This document shows positions 1-11,874 of a stretch of DNA of 64,000 nt, one piece after another; positions within the stretch are counted from its first letter, which is position 1, and every line of letters begins with the position of its first letter. Where the stretch lies: contig NC_043005.1 of NCBI RefSeq assembly GCF_006345805.1, positions 76,756,001-76,820,000 of the forward strand, in the 5' to 3' direction. The notes beneath the pieces were generated by a model. That model worked only from the letters and a program-made list of their open reading frames with translations. It made no database searches and was not told the origin of the DNA. This stretch comes from Octopus sinensis. Taxonomy: Eukaryota. Both the position numbers and the translations under genes were made by a program.

Positions 1-179
1 GGTGCAAAAAATACGAAGCAATACTTCATACAACGGATATAAAAGAAAATTGTTTTAAATAACAGCAAGTTCCGTGGTATCAGTGGTTGTGATGATATAT
101 TGTTTTGCTCATTAAAGATATGAAGTGATGGATCTCCGTCGTTCAAATTGAAGATTCACTTGTCCGGACAACTGAATTA

Positions 180-250
180 CCTCCTCTTGAATCAACGTGT
201 AAGTGGCTGAGCAATTTCACAGACACGTGTACCCTTGAATACACGTATAT
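180..250 (-). mobile_element. Fragment of the RTE-tailed SINE family seen at 58976-59344
   Basis: ctcttgaatcaacgtgtaagtggctgagcaatttcacagacacgtgtaccctt resembles 59044-59096. Confidence 0.55.
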
Positions 251-706
251 TTCGCAGTGTGACAGGTTACTTTTGAATTACAGATACAGCCCATCCGACG
301 GCCTTTTCTACAGTTTTCTTCTACCCAATTGCTTACAGAAGCCAGTGGCCGATACAGGCTATAAAAAAAAGTGAAAATTTTCCATGATACCTTGCCATAG
401 GATAGAATTGCGGCCTTACTGCGTTGAAATGGACTTTTTAAACATTCGTCCATACTGCACACATACACACACACGCTCATATTCACACGTACGCGCCCGC
501 ATCACACAGGCACACTTATATAAACTACTATGTTTAGAGATAATTGAGGTTTGGGGACAGGACGGGTATCCGGTAATAATAGAACTCCCTCAATGAATAA
601 TGTCTCATCCATGCATACATGGAAACGGAGACGTTAAAACTATACTATATAATAATAATAATAATAATAATAATGATAATAATAATTATAATAATAATAA
701 TAATAA

Positions 707-1243
707 CAGCCCTGGTGCAGTACCAGGCAGTGGCGCTCATGGCTTCTGATCTTAACTGATTGGAAATGTCATCATGTACATTGTTTTGTCTTGGTATAAA
801 AGATGGGTTACAGCAAATATTCTGCTCAATACCACAGATTTGCTTGTCAGTTGTTTGACCTTAACCAGTTGAGCATGTCCCTTAGTGGCTGACGATATGT
901 GCATCTCTGATGGGGGAGCATCATAGTCATGTGCTGAGAATTCTTTGGGGTTTGAATTATTCACCTATGGAAACATGGGTGTTTCGTTCAACATCCTTAA
1001 ACAACCCTTATTCAGGGACCTTTTGAGCGGGATGGGTTACTCGACCAGAAGAAAATTCTAACTGGGCACCACCTGCAAGGTCCTGTGCTGTTTATCTTGA
1101 TATAAGATCACTATGTCGCGCACATATGGTTGTGATGCAAGTTCTTAGTGTACTCTTATCAGACGAGTAATCACGATGGGTATACAGGGCTTCGTATATT
1201 TTACCCCAGTGTCATTTTGATGACATGCACTGCTCTCTCACTC

Positions 1244-1290
<47 letters not shown>
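707..1290 (+). mobile_element. Non-LTR retroelement 3' end / SINE-like repeat with (AAT)n tail
   Basis: Ends in ctctctcactc(aat)n and is preceded by another (AAT)n run. A diverged partial second copy lies at 16961-17180. Confidence 0.7.
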
Positions 1291-1291
<1 letters not shown>

Positions 1292-1440
1292 TTAATATAG
1301 ACGGCCGTATGCAATGTTTTACCATAAAGGAAAACTATAATTGTCACTAAATATGATTAGACAGTTAGAACACTTACGTTGCTAGAAATAAAAGCTAAAA
1401 AGCTCAAATACTGTAGTTAAAGCATATAATTATATATATA

Positions 1441-1625
1441 TGTACTGAGAGGGACTCGTAGACGTCCATAAGCATCGGTCGAGAATTCCCTATACTGATC
1501 GGCCAGTTTCAGCTAATTCCGTAGCCTCATCAGTAGGGACCGCTCGACTTCAGCTTTTTTCTAGACTTGCATCTCTATCACTACATATGTATTCGCCATA
1601 TGTATAAGGGAAGCTGTACGTATAT
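1441..1625 (-). mobile_element. Short hammerhead-bearing element embedded in TA repeats (retrozyme / Penelope-derived candidate)
   Basis: About 185-bp island, less AT-rich than its flanks, containing the hammerhead and bounded by (TA)n on the left and TA-rich sequence on the right. No ORF. Boundaries approximate. Confidence 0.5.
1478..1548 (-). ncRNA. Type I hammerhead ribozyme with extended stem I
   Basis: Minus-strand RNA: GUCGAG CGG UCCCUA CUGAUGA GGCUA CGGAAU UAGCU GAAA CUG GCCGAU CAG UA^ UAGGGA AUU CUCGAC. Intact CUGAUGA and GAAA core, 6-bp proximal stem I, 3x3 internal loop, 6-bp distal stem I, 5-bp stem II (G.U at 10.1:11.1), stem III, GUA cleavage triplet. Predicted cut between positions 1493 and 1492. 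Confidence 0.9.
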
Positions 1626-2550
1626 ATTTAAATATATATTCCCATTAAGAAATTTATAGCGAAAAACTATTCAGTACAAGAATTATCAGAAATATCAGCT
1701 AAAAGAAAATTCAAAATGCAGATAATGTCAACAATACTTACACCTATATGATTATTCTTTTGAATGCATAACGCTGAAAGATCTGTTGAATGCAGAGATC
1801 TTTGTGAAATGCTATTCCAAGTTTATTTCACATTTAAATATAGTACTAAGGTTTGAATTATTTGACTTGGTATTATTCATTGTAAAATTTAGAATATTAA
1901 CATAAGAGTTATAGCTATAAATCACCACTGATATACCTTAGATCATACGCACGTGTGCACGACTGCATGTGTACATTAAAAATTAAAATACATATGTGTA
2001 TTTATATTTTCTACCTAACACAGCAGTATATGTGTATACCTGTATAATTACAATCAGTCTTTCTCACTCTCTCTAAATGGTTAGTTCCCTATATTGATGT
2101 TAGCATTACACTTCTTTTTTTTATATCTCTCAGCGAGTGAGCTCCCTTGAAAAAATTATGTTAGAATACACTTTTGAGTATATCTGATACCACAATCAAT
2201 TGAATATGGACAGATTTATATTTTGTGCCATTGAATTATATCCAAAATTGCTTACATAACAGAAACACGTGTTGGGTTTTTGTGATTTATTCCTTTATTC
2301 TTCAATCTAATACTGAATGTCTTATGTATGTATGTATGTATGTATGTATGTATGTATGTGTGTGTGTATGTATGTATGTGCGTGTGTGTGCGTGCGTGTA
2401 TGTGTGTGATTGTTTGTTCCTCACCAGCGTTTGATAACCAGTGTTCTTGCATTATGTTCCAGTAACTCAGCGGTTCCGTAAAATCACCGATAGAATAAGT
2501 ACCAGACTTTAAAAATGTGCTGGGGTGAATTTGTTTGATTAAAATTTCTT

Positions 2551-2585
<35 letters not shown>

Positions 2586-2589
2586 ATTC

Positions 2590-2639
<50 letters not shown>

Positions 2640-4649
2640 GTGTATCGTGAACTCTCTTGTTCACGATACACATACGTGCGCAATACATTAGCTGGCTCTC
2701 TCCAATTCAACATTGCACAGTGTACCATCCGTTGGATGTCAAAGTGATCGTAGTGTCACATGAACTGAAACATGAACACAACCCATGATTTATTTTTCGT
2801 TCATATATGACTATTTATTGATAGATTGAATAAAATGGTGAGACGAATGCTGCTGAGAGAAAGACAACTGCATCTGATAATCTTCAGATGTCTTTGTATG
2901 TGCTTGTACGTGTTTGCACGTGTTTTATGTATTTTGTGCGTATTCTATAAAATATCATTTTTTTTTTGTTAATTGTACAATTATACTGAATGAAACCACA
3001 GTTTTAATGTTGAGATATTTTCTTATTCGAAGACAACAGGCATTCAAATTTCAAAATAGAAATAAAAGTAAGAAATACCATGCATCATTATTTCTACAAA
3101 TTTCCTTCTCTTAACATATTGATATACAATACTGAAGACGTATAAGAGAATGGAAACGTAATACCATGCATATTCAATGATCCTAGCCATTGACGTTTCC
3201 ATATAAAAGTGAATTTTGTATATCTCAAAGATCTTATTTACATCCATCTTATAAATTTCATTCTTTATTGTATTTCTGTGAAGCTAAGATGCTTCCTTCA
3301 AATGTTCATTCTGAAGAAGGACAAGTTACAGCATAAAATTGTTTTTTTATTGAATATTATCAATATTTTAGATGTAAACTTACATTTTTTATTGGATTCT
3401 CTGAATTAAAAGCAAAATTTATATCGAATACAGAATCCAATTTATATCTTAAGTTTCGAATCAATTTGGGGTGTATTTTATACTTCATTGAAATATTTAT
3501 GCATAACTTGTACCGTTCTTAGATTTTCTTATAGGTACAAATCGCGATATTTCGATATGATAAAAAAAACTCGGCAAGACAAAGATACATGATATATTAC
3601 AGGAAATGAAAGGTAATCATGTTTTGAAATATTTTAATGGCCAGAAACGTATGAAATTTCTTGTTTTCCTTTACATTTTCTATCATCTTCTAACCAATGT
3701 TCCGAAAAGAAGTGACAGATAACGAATTAAATGGAATTTTCCCGAATATGAATGTAAAAAGAAATGTTATGACGAATAGATAAACTGAGACCGAAATATC
3801 TTGTCAATGGCGAAGGGATCTAAAGACATGAAATATAGAAAAATAAACAGGAAGCTATCATTCACCAGACATAAGAGCCGTCATGCGACCTACTTTTATG
3901 AAACGGAAATTAGTCAGTGACTGTGCCGTGTTCTAATATTGGTGAGTTAACATGCATTCTAGAGAGTAGAGAGCATTTGACATCTCAATACGTCAAGACA
4001 GAAACAAGAAAAGAGAACTTGAGAAATCATGAAGAGGAAATACATAAATGCACTTGTAGATGGTTTTGGGATATATCACATGGTTGATATTCATATAGTT
4101 TCACTTAAGTTGTTGATTTGTTTCTAACATTATATTTGATGTTCTGTTTAATTTGAAATTCGAAAACGGATGAAAAGTCGCTATTGTGATTCTGTTGGTT
4201 AAAGAATCAGTGTGTGTCAAATTAAGACAAAGAGTTTGATGAATTATCAGTTTGGTCTACATGCAAACACAAACAATAAAAACACAAAGAAAAATAAGTA
4301 AAAAAAATTGAGATGTGATGAAAGAGCAGGGGATAAAGGTGATATTTGATGTACATATTCTACATTACAGTTAAGGGTGGATGTCGATGATACTCATAAT
4401 AATAGGGTCTACTACCACAAGTACAAGACCACAAAGTTTTGGATGAGATTACAGTTAATTTGACCGTAGACCAACATTGCACATGGGACTTTGTTTTATG
4501 AACCCTCAAAATATTCGTACCCAGAATATAAACGAATGCGTTTAATTACAGAGCATATTGCTCATCACTTTGAATATTCTTCTGATCCACTACGCTCTTC
4601 AATAATCGATTCGATCAGCTTGCCATCCCCTCCCTTCCTCAATAATGGT

Positions 4650-5260
4650 TACAAGTCTTTGGAAATTTTAAGTGGGAAAATTCCAGTCAACTGCATTGAC
4701 CCAAGTGCTTAACTGGTACGTGATCTATCAGCGTCGAAAGGATGAAAGGAAAATCTCGGAGGGATATGAACTCAGAAGCATTTCGTCCGACGCTCTAATG
4801 ATTCTGTCTGTTTGTCTTTTCTTATCTAATAATGATAATAATTGCTTCAAATTTAGGCACAAAAGGAACTTTTTGAGGGGAAGGCTAAGTCGGTCGGTAA
4901 AACTCAGTATTAGATTGGTACTTTATTTTATCAATCTCGAAAGAACGAAAGGTAAACTTGACCATGGCGTGATTTGAGAACCTAAAACTCCGGAACAAAT
5001 ATTGCCAGGCATTTTTAGTGACTCTAGTTACTCTGTCAATGTACTTTTTTCTCTAAGGCTTCTTTCTAATTTTGACCCAAAGACAGCAATTTTGAGACAG
5101 TTGCAAATCAATTACACCGACTCCGATAATTTATAGGTCCTTTATTTTATCGAAAGGATGAAATGGATAGTTAATTTCGGCAGGATTTGAACTCACAACG
5201 TATAGAGTCAAAAGAAATATTGCTAAGCATTTTGTCCTACGTACATACGCTTCTCTAATA
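4650..5260 (-). mobile_element. Three old head-to-tail family A (tRNA-derived, Meta-like core) SINE copies
   Basis: Three degenerate units, each with aactggtac...cgaaaggatgaaagg...tttgaactca motifs, separated by short AAT-rich tail remnants. Confidence 0.6.
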
Positions 5261-8222
5261 ATGATAATACTGTTTCTAATTTAATAATGATTGTTTTTAT
5301 CTAATGTTAGTAATTTCAATACTGATTTAATGTGGCCGGCAGAAGTAGCTTGCGTTCTGACTCAAACTCGTTGGCACAAAGCTTTTAACTCTCTGCACAC
5401 CATATCAAAACTAACACTATATTTTGAAGGAAAGTGCCAGAAACTGGAGGTAGAATGTATAGCATTTTTTCTTTAATTTCTTTCTGTCTTGAGACTGCAG
5501 CCATGTTAAGTCACCGGCTCGAAAGGTTTCGGAAGAAAGTACTTATATATGTACCTACTCTTTCAGTCTTTGTATTTCAAGGATGCAACCAAATCGACAT
5601 TGAATGCCAAACTTTGAAGGATAAAAGCAAAGATGCACACATTCCTATATGAACATGCACACACGTATCGTTGCTATAATTCAAAATCTCGTAAGTTCAA
5701 ATCGTTGCTTTTTCAGAAAACGAAAAAGTATTTTCGCCATTCCATAGCAAAACCGTAGTACTAAAACATTGACAATTTTGATGTCTTGGCATCTGAAGTA
5801 GCTGGAGATGCGACAGTTTGATCAAAAGAACCGGCTATTGCAAGCCAAAGTTAATGTTGAATAAAATGCAATTGGCCAAATTTGGACAATGACAGTTTAA
5901 CGTAATAGTAATGATATGCAACACACTTTTTTGCAGTTTCCGTGTAACATACATATACAAATGGTATTAGTTGGTTTTGTATCTGCAATTCAAACCATGC
6001 GTCCAAAGTGCAGTGCAGTGGGACAGAGCCTGCGAACTTCTGAACCACAGTGCCGTGTTTTTCTAAAATAACATCTTTGAAGAGAGGAAATGATTGAAAC
6101 CTGAAATCGAAACCTTAAATGCAGGTTTGCTTTATTATAAGTAATATCATCAAATTAGATAAATCTGATAATTTTGAATATTTTTATAAAAATAAAATAC
6201 AAATATTATAGGTGGTCAGTTCACTCGTTCTTGTTTATTTCCATGTAAACTCTGAGCGCGATCTTTCATTAAATGAGTTAGTATGAAGACGACAAGAAGC
6301 TATACCGGATATTATTATCAGGAAAAGTGAATCTGACCTTAGAAATTATACTACGAATACCATAGCAGACATGCTATAATATGTATATTAATATAATTGT
6401 TTTAAATTTATGCCGACGATATAATAAAACCATAAACAAGAACAAGGTCAGCAATAATAACAAAGAAATGATAAAATTATTTCCAAATAGAGGTATAAGG
6501 TCACATATTTTGGGAAGTAACTTTCATATAATTTAATCGCCTACTCTGTCCGGTTCCTATTTTATATGCCCCGGTCTCTTCTAACATTCGGTCATGTGCA
6601 AGCATTAAACGTTAGACGCTTGAATGATATATCATTGGGTTCAAAGAATTTTAATGTATGGAGAGTTCCTCAGAGTGGTTTGGGAGAAATTTTAGAATAT
6701 TAAATAAGGCTTCTATCGTTTCCAGTCATTTCACTTCAGTTTTCAATGCTAATACAAATTCTAACATCCGTACGAAGTAAAAAGTGTATAGCTTTTACGA
6801 ATGAGTTCGTTTTTCCAAGCATTTCAATATGGCGTTAAACAGCAATCAGAACTGGTTTACACGCTTTTTCCTGATATGCCGATTTTCCATTTCTTGAAGA
6901 ACAATAATGAATATTTTCTATAGAACTATTTCGTTTTGTCATTTTATTTTATGGGGCATGAAATACAGTAAATTAAAATTCTCCTAAAAAATTAAACCGG
7001 ACTAGTTTAAACAATTCAGCATCGTAGGGTATCAACACTGGTTAGCTAGTTTTGATGAGACGTGACGTAACAGGAACTTAAACAAGCAAGACAGCTCATC
7101 AAACTAGTAAGCAGTAGATTACATCCACTTTTCAGTAACGTTCAAGTTGGGTGAGTAAGATGCAAGTATTAACGATTAGAAAGACAGTGAAGGTAAGAAT
7201 ATTTCTAACAAAAGAAAGCATTGCAGTCGAACTCTTTCTTACATATGTGCAAAACCAGAAATTGAGGGAGGGAACACTCAACAGCAGCAGTAGTACATTA
7301 TTTAATGGGCTCTAGAAAGATTAAAAGCAAGGTTAACCACTGCAGAATTTGAGCTCAGATGTAGCTGTAAATGTGCGAGGCACTTTTTCTAATGATCTAC
7401 TGATTCTTCAAGTTAAATAATAATAATCCCTTCAGTTTTAGGCACAAAGCCAGAAACCTTGAGGAGAAGGGACTGACCGACATCATTGAACCAATACTTG
7501 TCTGGTAGTTTATCTTATTGATCCTAGGAGGATCAAAGGCAAAGCTGATTTCAGCAGGATTTGAACTCAGGACTACGGAGCTGGAACAAATACTGCAAGA
7601 TTCTACTACTCTACCAACCACACAGATCAAATTGCGGAAGGGGGGTTATTAATTATAATGTTCATGCTTTACTCGAGAACATAAATTGTCATACGAAAAA
7701 GAAAGGGTTCCAAACTGAAAATTAAAACCGAACCACGGAGTCAGTCTACAGAAAACTAAGGCCTATAATGTAGTGACTACTTATTACGAATTGTTAATGA
7801 TAATAAAGTATAGGGGTGATGATTATGAAGGTCATATGAAAATGATGATGATGTTGATGATGATAATAATAATAAATAAATAACAATAATAATAATATAA
7901 TAATAATAATAATAGCAGTAATATTGTAAGGTAGATCATCTTACATGTGTAACTGTATCTGCTTCCTGTGAGTAGAAAAATATATATATGCAATGAATAA
8001 ACAGGCGGGGGTTTATGGATATAATAGTAAAATGTAAGGGGTTTACCTGAAGTTAGGTAATCGAAGACAAAACGGCAAGAAAACCGATGATAGTAGAGAT
8101 TGATGAGGAAGTTCTACAGGATGGTCACCTTTATGTTACAGATGCCGCTTATTTTGCATTGTTTGAGAGACGAAATGAGGAAATGATTTCGAACTGGATG
8201 CTACTGGTTATGAATAAGTATT

Positions 8223-8693
8223 TATTTCTTTATTGCCCACAGGAGGCTAAACATAGAAGGGACAAATAAGGACAGATAAAGCGATTAAGTTGATTACATC
8301 GACCCCAGTGCCTAACTGGTACTTATTTAATCGACCCCGAAGGGATGACGGGCAAAGTCGACCGCGGCGGAATTTGAACTCAAAACGTAACGGCAGCCGA
8401 AATACCCCTAGGCATTCCGGACAGCGTGCTAACGTTCTTATTTCTTTATTGCCCTCAAGGGGCTCAACACAGAGTAGACAAAAAAGGACAGACGGACGGA
8501 TTAAGTATATTATATCTGTTTCTTTACTACCCACAAGGGGCTAAACACAGAGCGGACAAACAAGGACAGACAAACGGATTAAGTCGATTATATCGACCCC
8601 AGTGTGTAACTGGTACTTAATTTATCGACCCCGAAAGGATGAATGGCTAGGCATTCCGGCTGACGTGCTAACGATTCTGCCAGCTCGCCACCT
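8223..8693 (-). mobile_element. Family A SINE composite (three units) inside one 18-bp TSD
   Basis: TSD tggttatgaataagtatt at 8205-8222 and 8694-8711. Units at about 8223-8438, 8439-8518 and 8519-8693. Confidence 0.85.
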
Positions 8694-9623
8694 TGGTTAT
8701 GAATAAGTATTATGATATAGTACTCATATTACGACGAGGCTAATGTTTCTTGATTTGCTGCTGTACATCTATAGAGAATTTTTAACCTCTGTTTTGATCA
8801 TATCCAAAGATGCAAATGTACTGCGGAAATTAAGATGAAAGGGTAAGAAACATAACCGAGAAACACAGAAGGAAATCGTATCAAAGTGTAATGACAATCA
8901 GGTTAAAAACTGACATGTCTTGTAGATACTATACTACTCACTTGTTTTCTCACTCTACGAAGAACTCGTGTAAATGTTAATTGTATCTCTTATTTAAAAA
9001 GTAAAAGTCTGTGCACATATACCATTCTTTTTGAATCATTAGATTACATCACTGGAGTGAGTTCGGTTCCAGAGGGAATCGAAATCTGCTTCTAGACATC
9101 ACTGGTCAAACAAAACTAAGATCAAAGTGATTTTAGTTCTAACCACCTCGTCTCGTCCTTCTTTGTCTAATAAAGTAGACTGCGATATGAAGTAGCTGTG
9201 TTAGTATTTCTTGGAAAATGACGACTACATACAGCCCCCCACTCTTTAGTTTACCCAAACATAGTTTCTCACAGTGAGTGAGAATATTGATTTCTTTTTG
9301 ATATACAAAGGGTTTCTTGAGGGAATTTATTTCACTGTATGTCTGGTGCCTGTTGCGTAGGACTAGAAGAATGACTCTAGGAAGTGGTGGGATTTGAACT
9401 TCGAGAAATATAGACCAACTGTTAACTATTTAATATAGTAACAATAAATCGTTTTAAACGGTGGAACTCGAAGTAAATGAAGTTACAAATAATAACTTGC
9501 AAATAATGGGTTGGAAAGCCGCTTGAATGGAAAACCCCGAAGACTTCAATAAAATATTTACATGATATTATTTTTAGTTTTATCTGTTTCGAGCGTGATT
9601 TGTACTTTACACACACACACACA

Positions 9624-9658
<35 letters not shown>

Positions 9659-9924
9659 TCAGACATATAACCTGGCACAAAGTCAGCTACGTTAGCCAGT
9701 ATATATTTGATACTGAATCGGCTCAGTTATATCCACGTTGTTTCATTATTGATTCTAGACGAATTCAGAGAAAGTTCCATCTTGGCAGGAAACTAAACAC
9801 CACAATACATAAAGGGAGGCGCTCTATCGCCTCACTAATCTGTACCATTCTCTTGATATCAACATATATTATATTTTCAAAACGCAGATTTGAAAAATCT
9901 CAACAAAGAAGAAGCGAATAAAAA

Positions 9925-10020
9925 CAGTCCCACTGCGTGGCACCTTGGGCAAGTGTCTTCTGCTATAGCCCAATGCCTGGTGAGTGGATTTAGTAGACGG
10001 AAACTGAAAGAAGCCTGTCG

Positions 10021-10053
<33 letters not shown>

Positions 10054-10249
10054 ATGTCTGTGTTTGTCCCCCTAGCATTGCTTGACAACCGATGCTGTTG
10101 TGTTTACGTTCCCGTCACTTAGCGGTTCGGCAAAAGACACTGATAGAATAAGTACTGGGCTTACAAAGAATAAGTCCCGGGGTCGATTTGCTCGACTAAA
10201 GGTGGTGCTCCATCATGGCCGCAATCAAATGACTGAAACAAGTAAAAGA
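9925..10249 (+). mobile_element. Family B SINE (CORE-like, octopus OR-type), 5' truncated
   Basis: cagtcccactgcgtggcaccttgggcaagtgtcttctgctatagcc ... internal TA/TG microsatellite ... catggccgcaatcaaatgactgaaacaagtaaaag. Many copies in the window. Confidence 0.85.
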
Positions 10250-11840
10250 TATATATATACATATATATATATATCTTTGTATCCTCTAACTATTATCTGT
10301 TTCACTCAATGGACAGCGACCATGCTAGTACTGCGTCATGTTGGGTTTGGTCGAACAAATTAACACCAGGACCTATTTCTTCAAAAGTTTGTTACATATC
10401 CTATCGGACCCTTTTAGTGGAACGTTAACTTAGGGGACATAAACAAGCTAACACCGCTTGTCATGCAATTACACACACACACACACATATATATATATTG
10501 TAATTTTTCTCTAGTTGCTCTGCATTTAAGAACTAGTTATACTATTAAGTATAGTAGTTATTTTACTATCCTGGAAGCAGACTGGACTATGATAATCTAC
10601 GTGGAGCAGTAAACGTAACGGTAATATTCGTACATCTATTTCAGATACATACATATATATGTACTCACAAGCCATTGGTCGTCGGCTCGGGGCTACAGGA
10701 GAAATATATGCTCAAGGGGCTGTACATTGGGATAGCCCAAAACCAAATTGTTGCAAAGCGATACAAGCATGCCTCGGGGTTGCGAAGTAAAAACTGATCG
10801 ACCATGTAGTTTTTACAAAAGAGGAGTGTATAATTTTTTGTAAGCACTGCATGGCCGAATGTTTAAACAGTTCATTTCCCACCCACCGGGTTACCTCATA
10901 CCTTGTTAGCGAAATTGTCTATGCGTAACCTGTATGGAAGGTCGGTGTGCTGAAGGCTTTTTCACACACTGTGTTACATTGATTCTTGCTGGGAATTACG
11001 TTAATAGTACACAAGAGTGTCTAGTATTGAAGTATATACACTTTAATTCCGGAGCAGATAATTCAGTTAATAAAAACAACTGAATCGTGATCGTTGAGCA
11101 GTAATGGAGATAGATCAACAACCATTATTAACGTTAATAATTAATCTTAAGGAAAATATCCGTAATCATCTTCCAATTACAACATTTCATATAACATTTC
11201 ATTCGAATTTGTTATGGCGTACTGGTCGTTTTAAATGTTAGATAGATGTAGTTAGATCCAGATCAAACAAACACTCACACATCCAGATAAATATATATAT
11301 ATTTATGGTGTGCGTGTAGTTCTACGAATATTGGAATAAATTTATGTTGTAATGTTTCGAAAGCATGTCCTTTTATCGCTCGCTTGCAAAGAGGCTTGGT
11401 TACACTAGATAAATCTTCTTTTTCTCTCTTACGCCCTCTCCCTGTCTTTCTTTAGAAATGTGGAAGAAGGTAATGATGTAGAACCAGCGGGCCTAACGTC
11501 ACACATGTTACTCACTTTTAATTATTGGGTATTTTACACACAGACACACACACACACACATGTGTATGTATGTATGTATGTATGTATGTATGTGTGAATC
11601 CATGCTTCTGCATCACCTGTTATTCCCTATACCACTAGTACAACCAGACGAGCAGTAAAACCATGGAATTTAAGATCTTCGGACATTAAACGCACCGAAA
11701 CTAAGCTTGTTGCTTGGACTCTGTGTCTGATGAGAGGATTTCCATGTTTATTTATTGTTTGTCCGTTTTCGTTAATCTCTTCCATGTTCCATTCATTTTG
11801 ATTTTTCACTATATATGCCTCTATGTGTGTGTGCATGTGT

Positions 11841-11874
<34 letters not shown>

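Noticed and set aside
1444-1482. Plus-strand ctgagag-ggac-tcgtagac-gtcc-ataag, a possible opposite-polarity hammerhead beside the real one
   Set aside because: The core reads CUGAGAG and AUAA instead of CUGANGA and GAAA, and no stem III or stem I can be formed. There is no support for a viroid-like ambisense pair.
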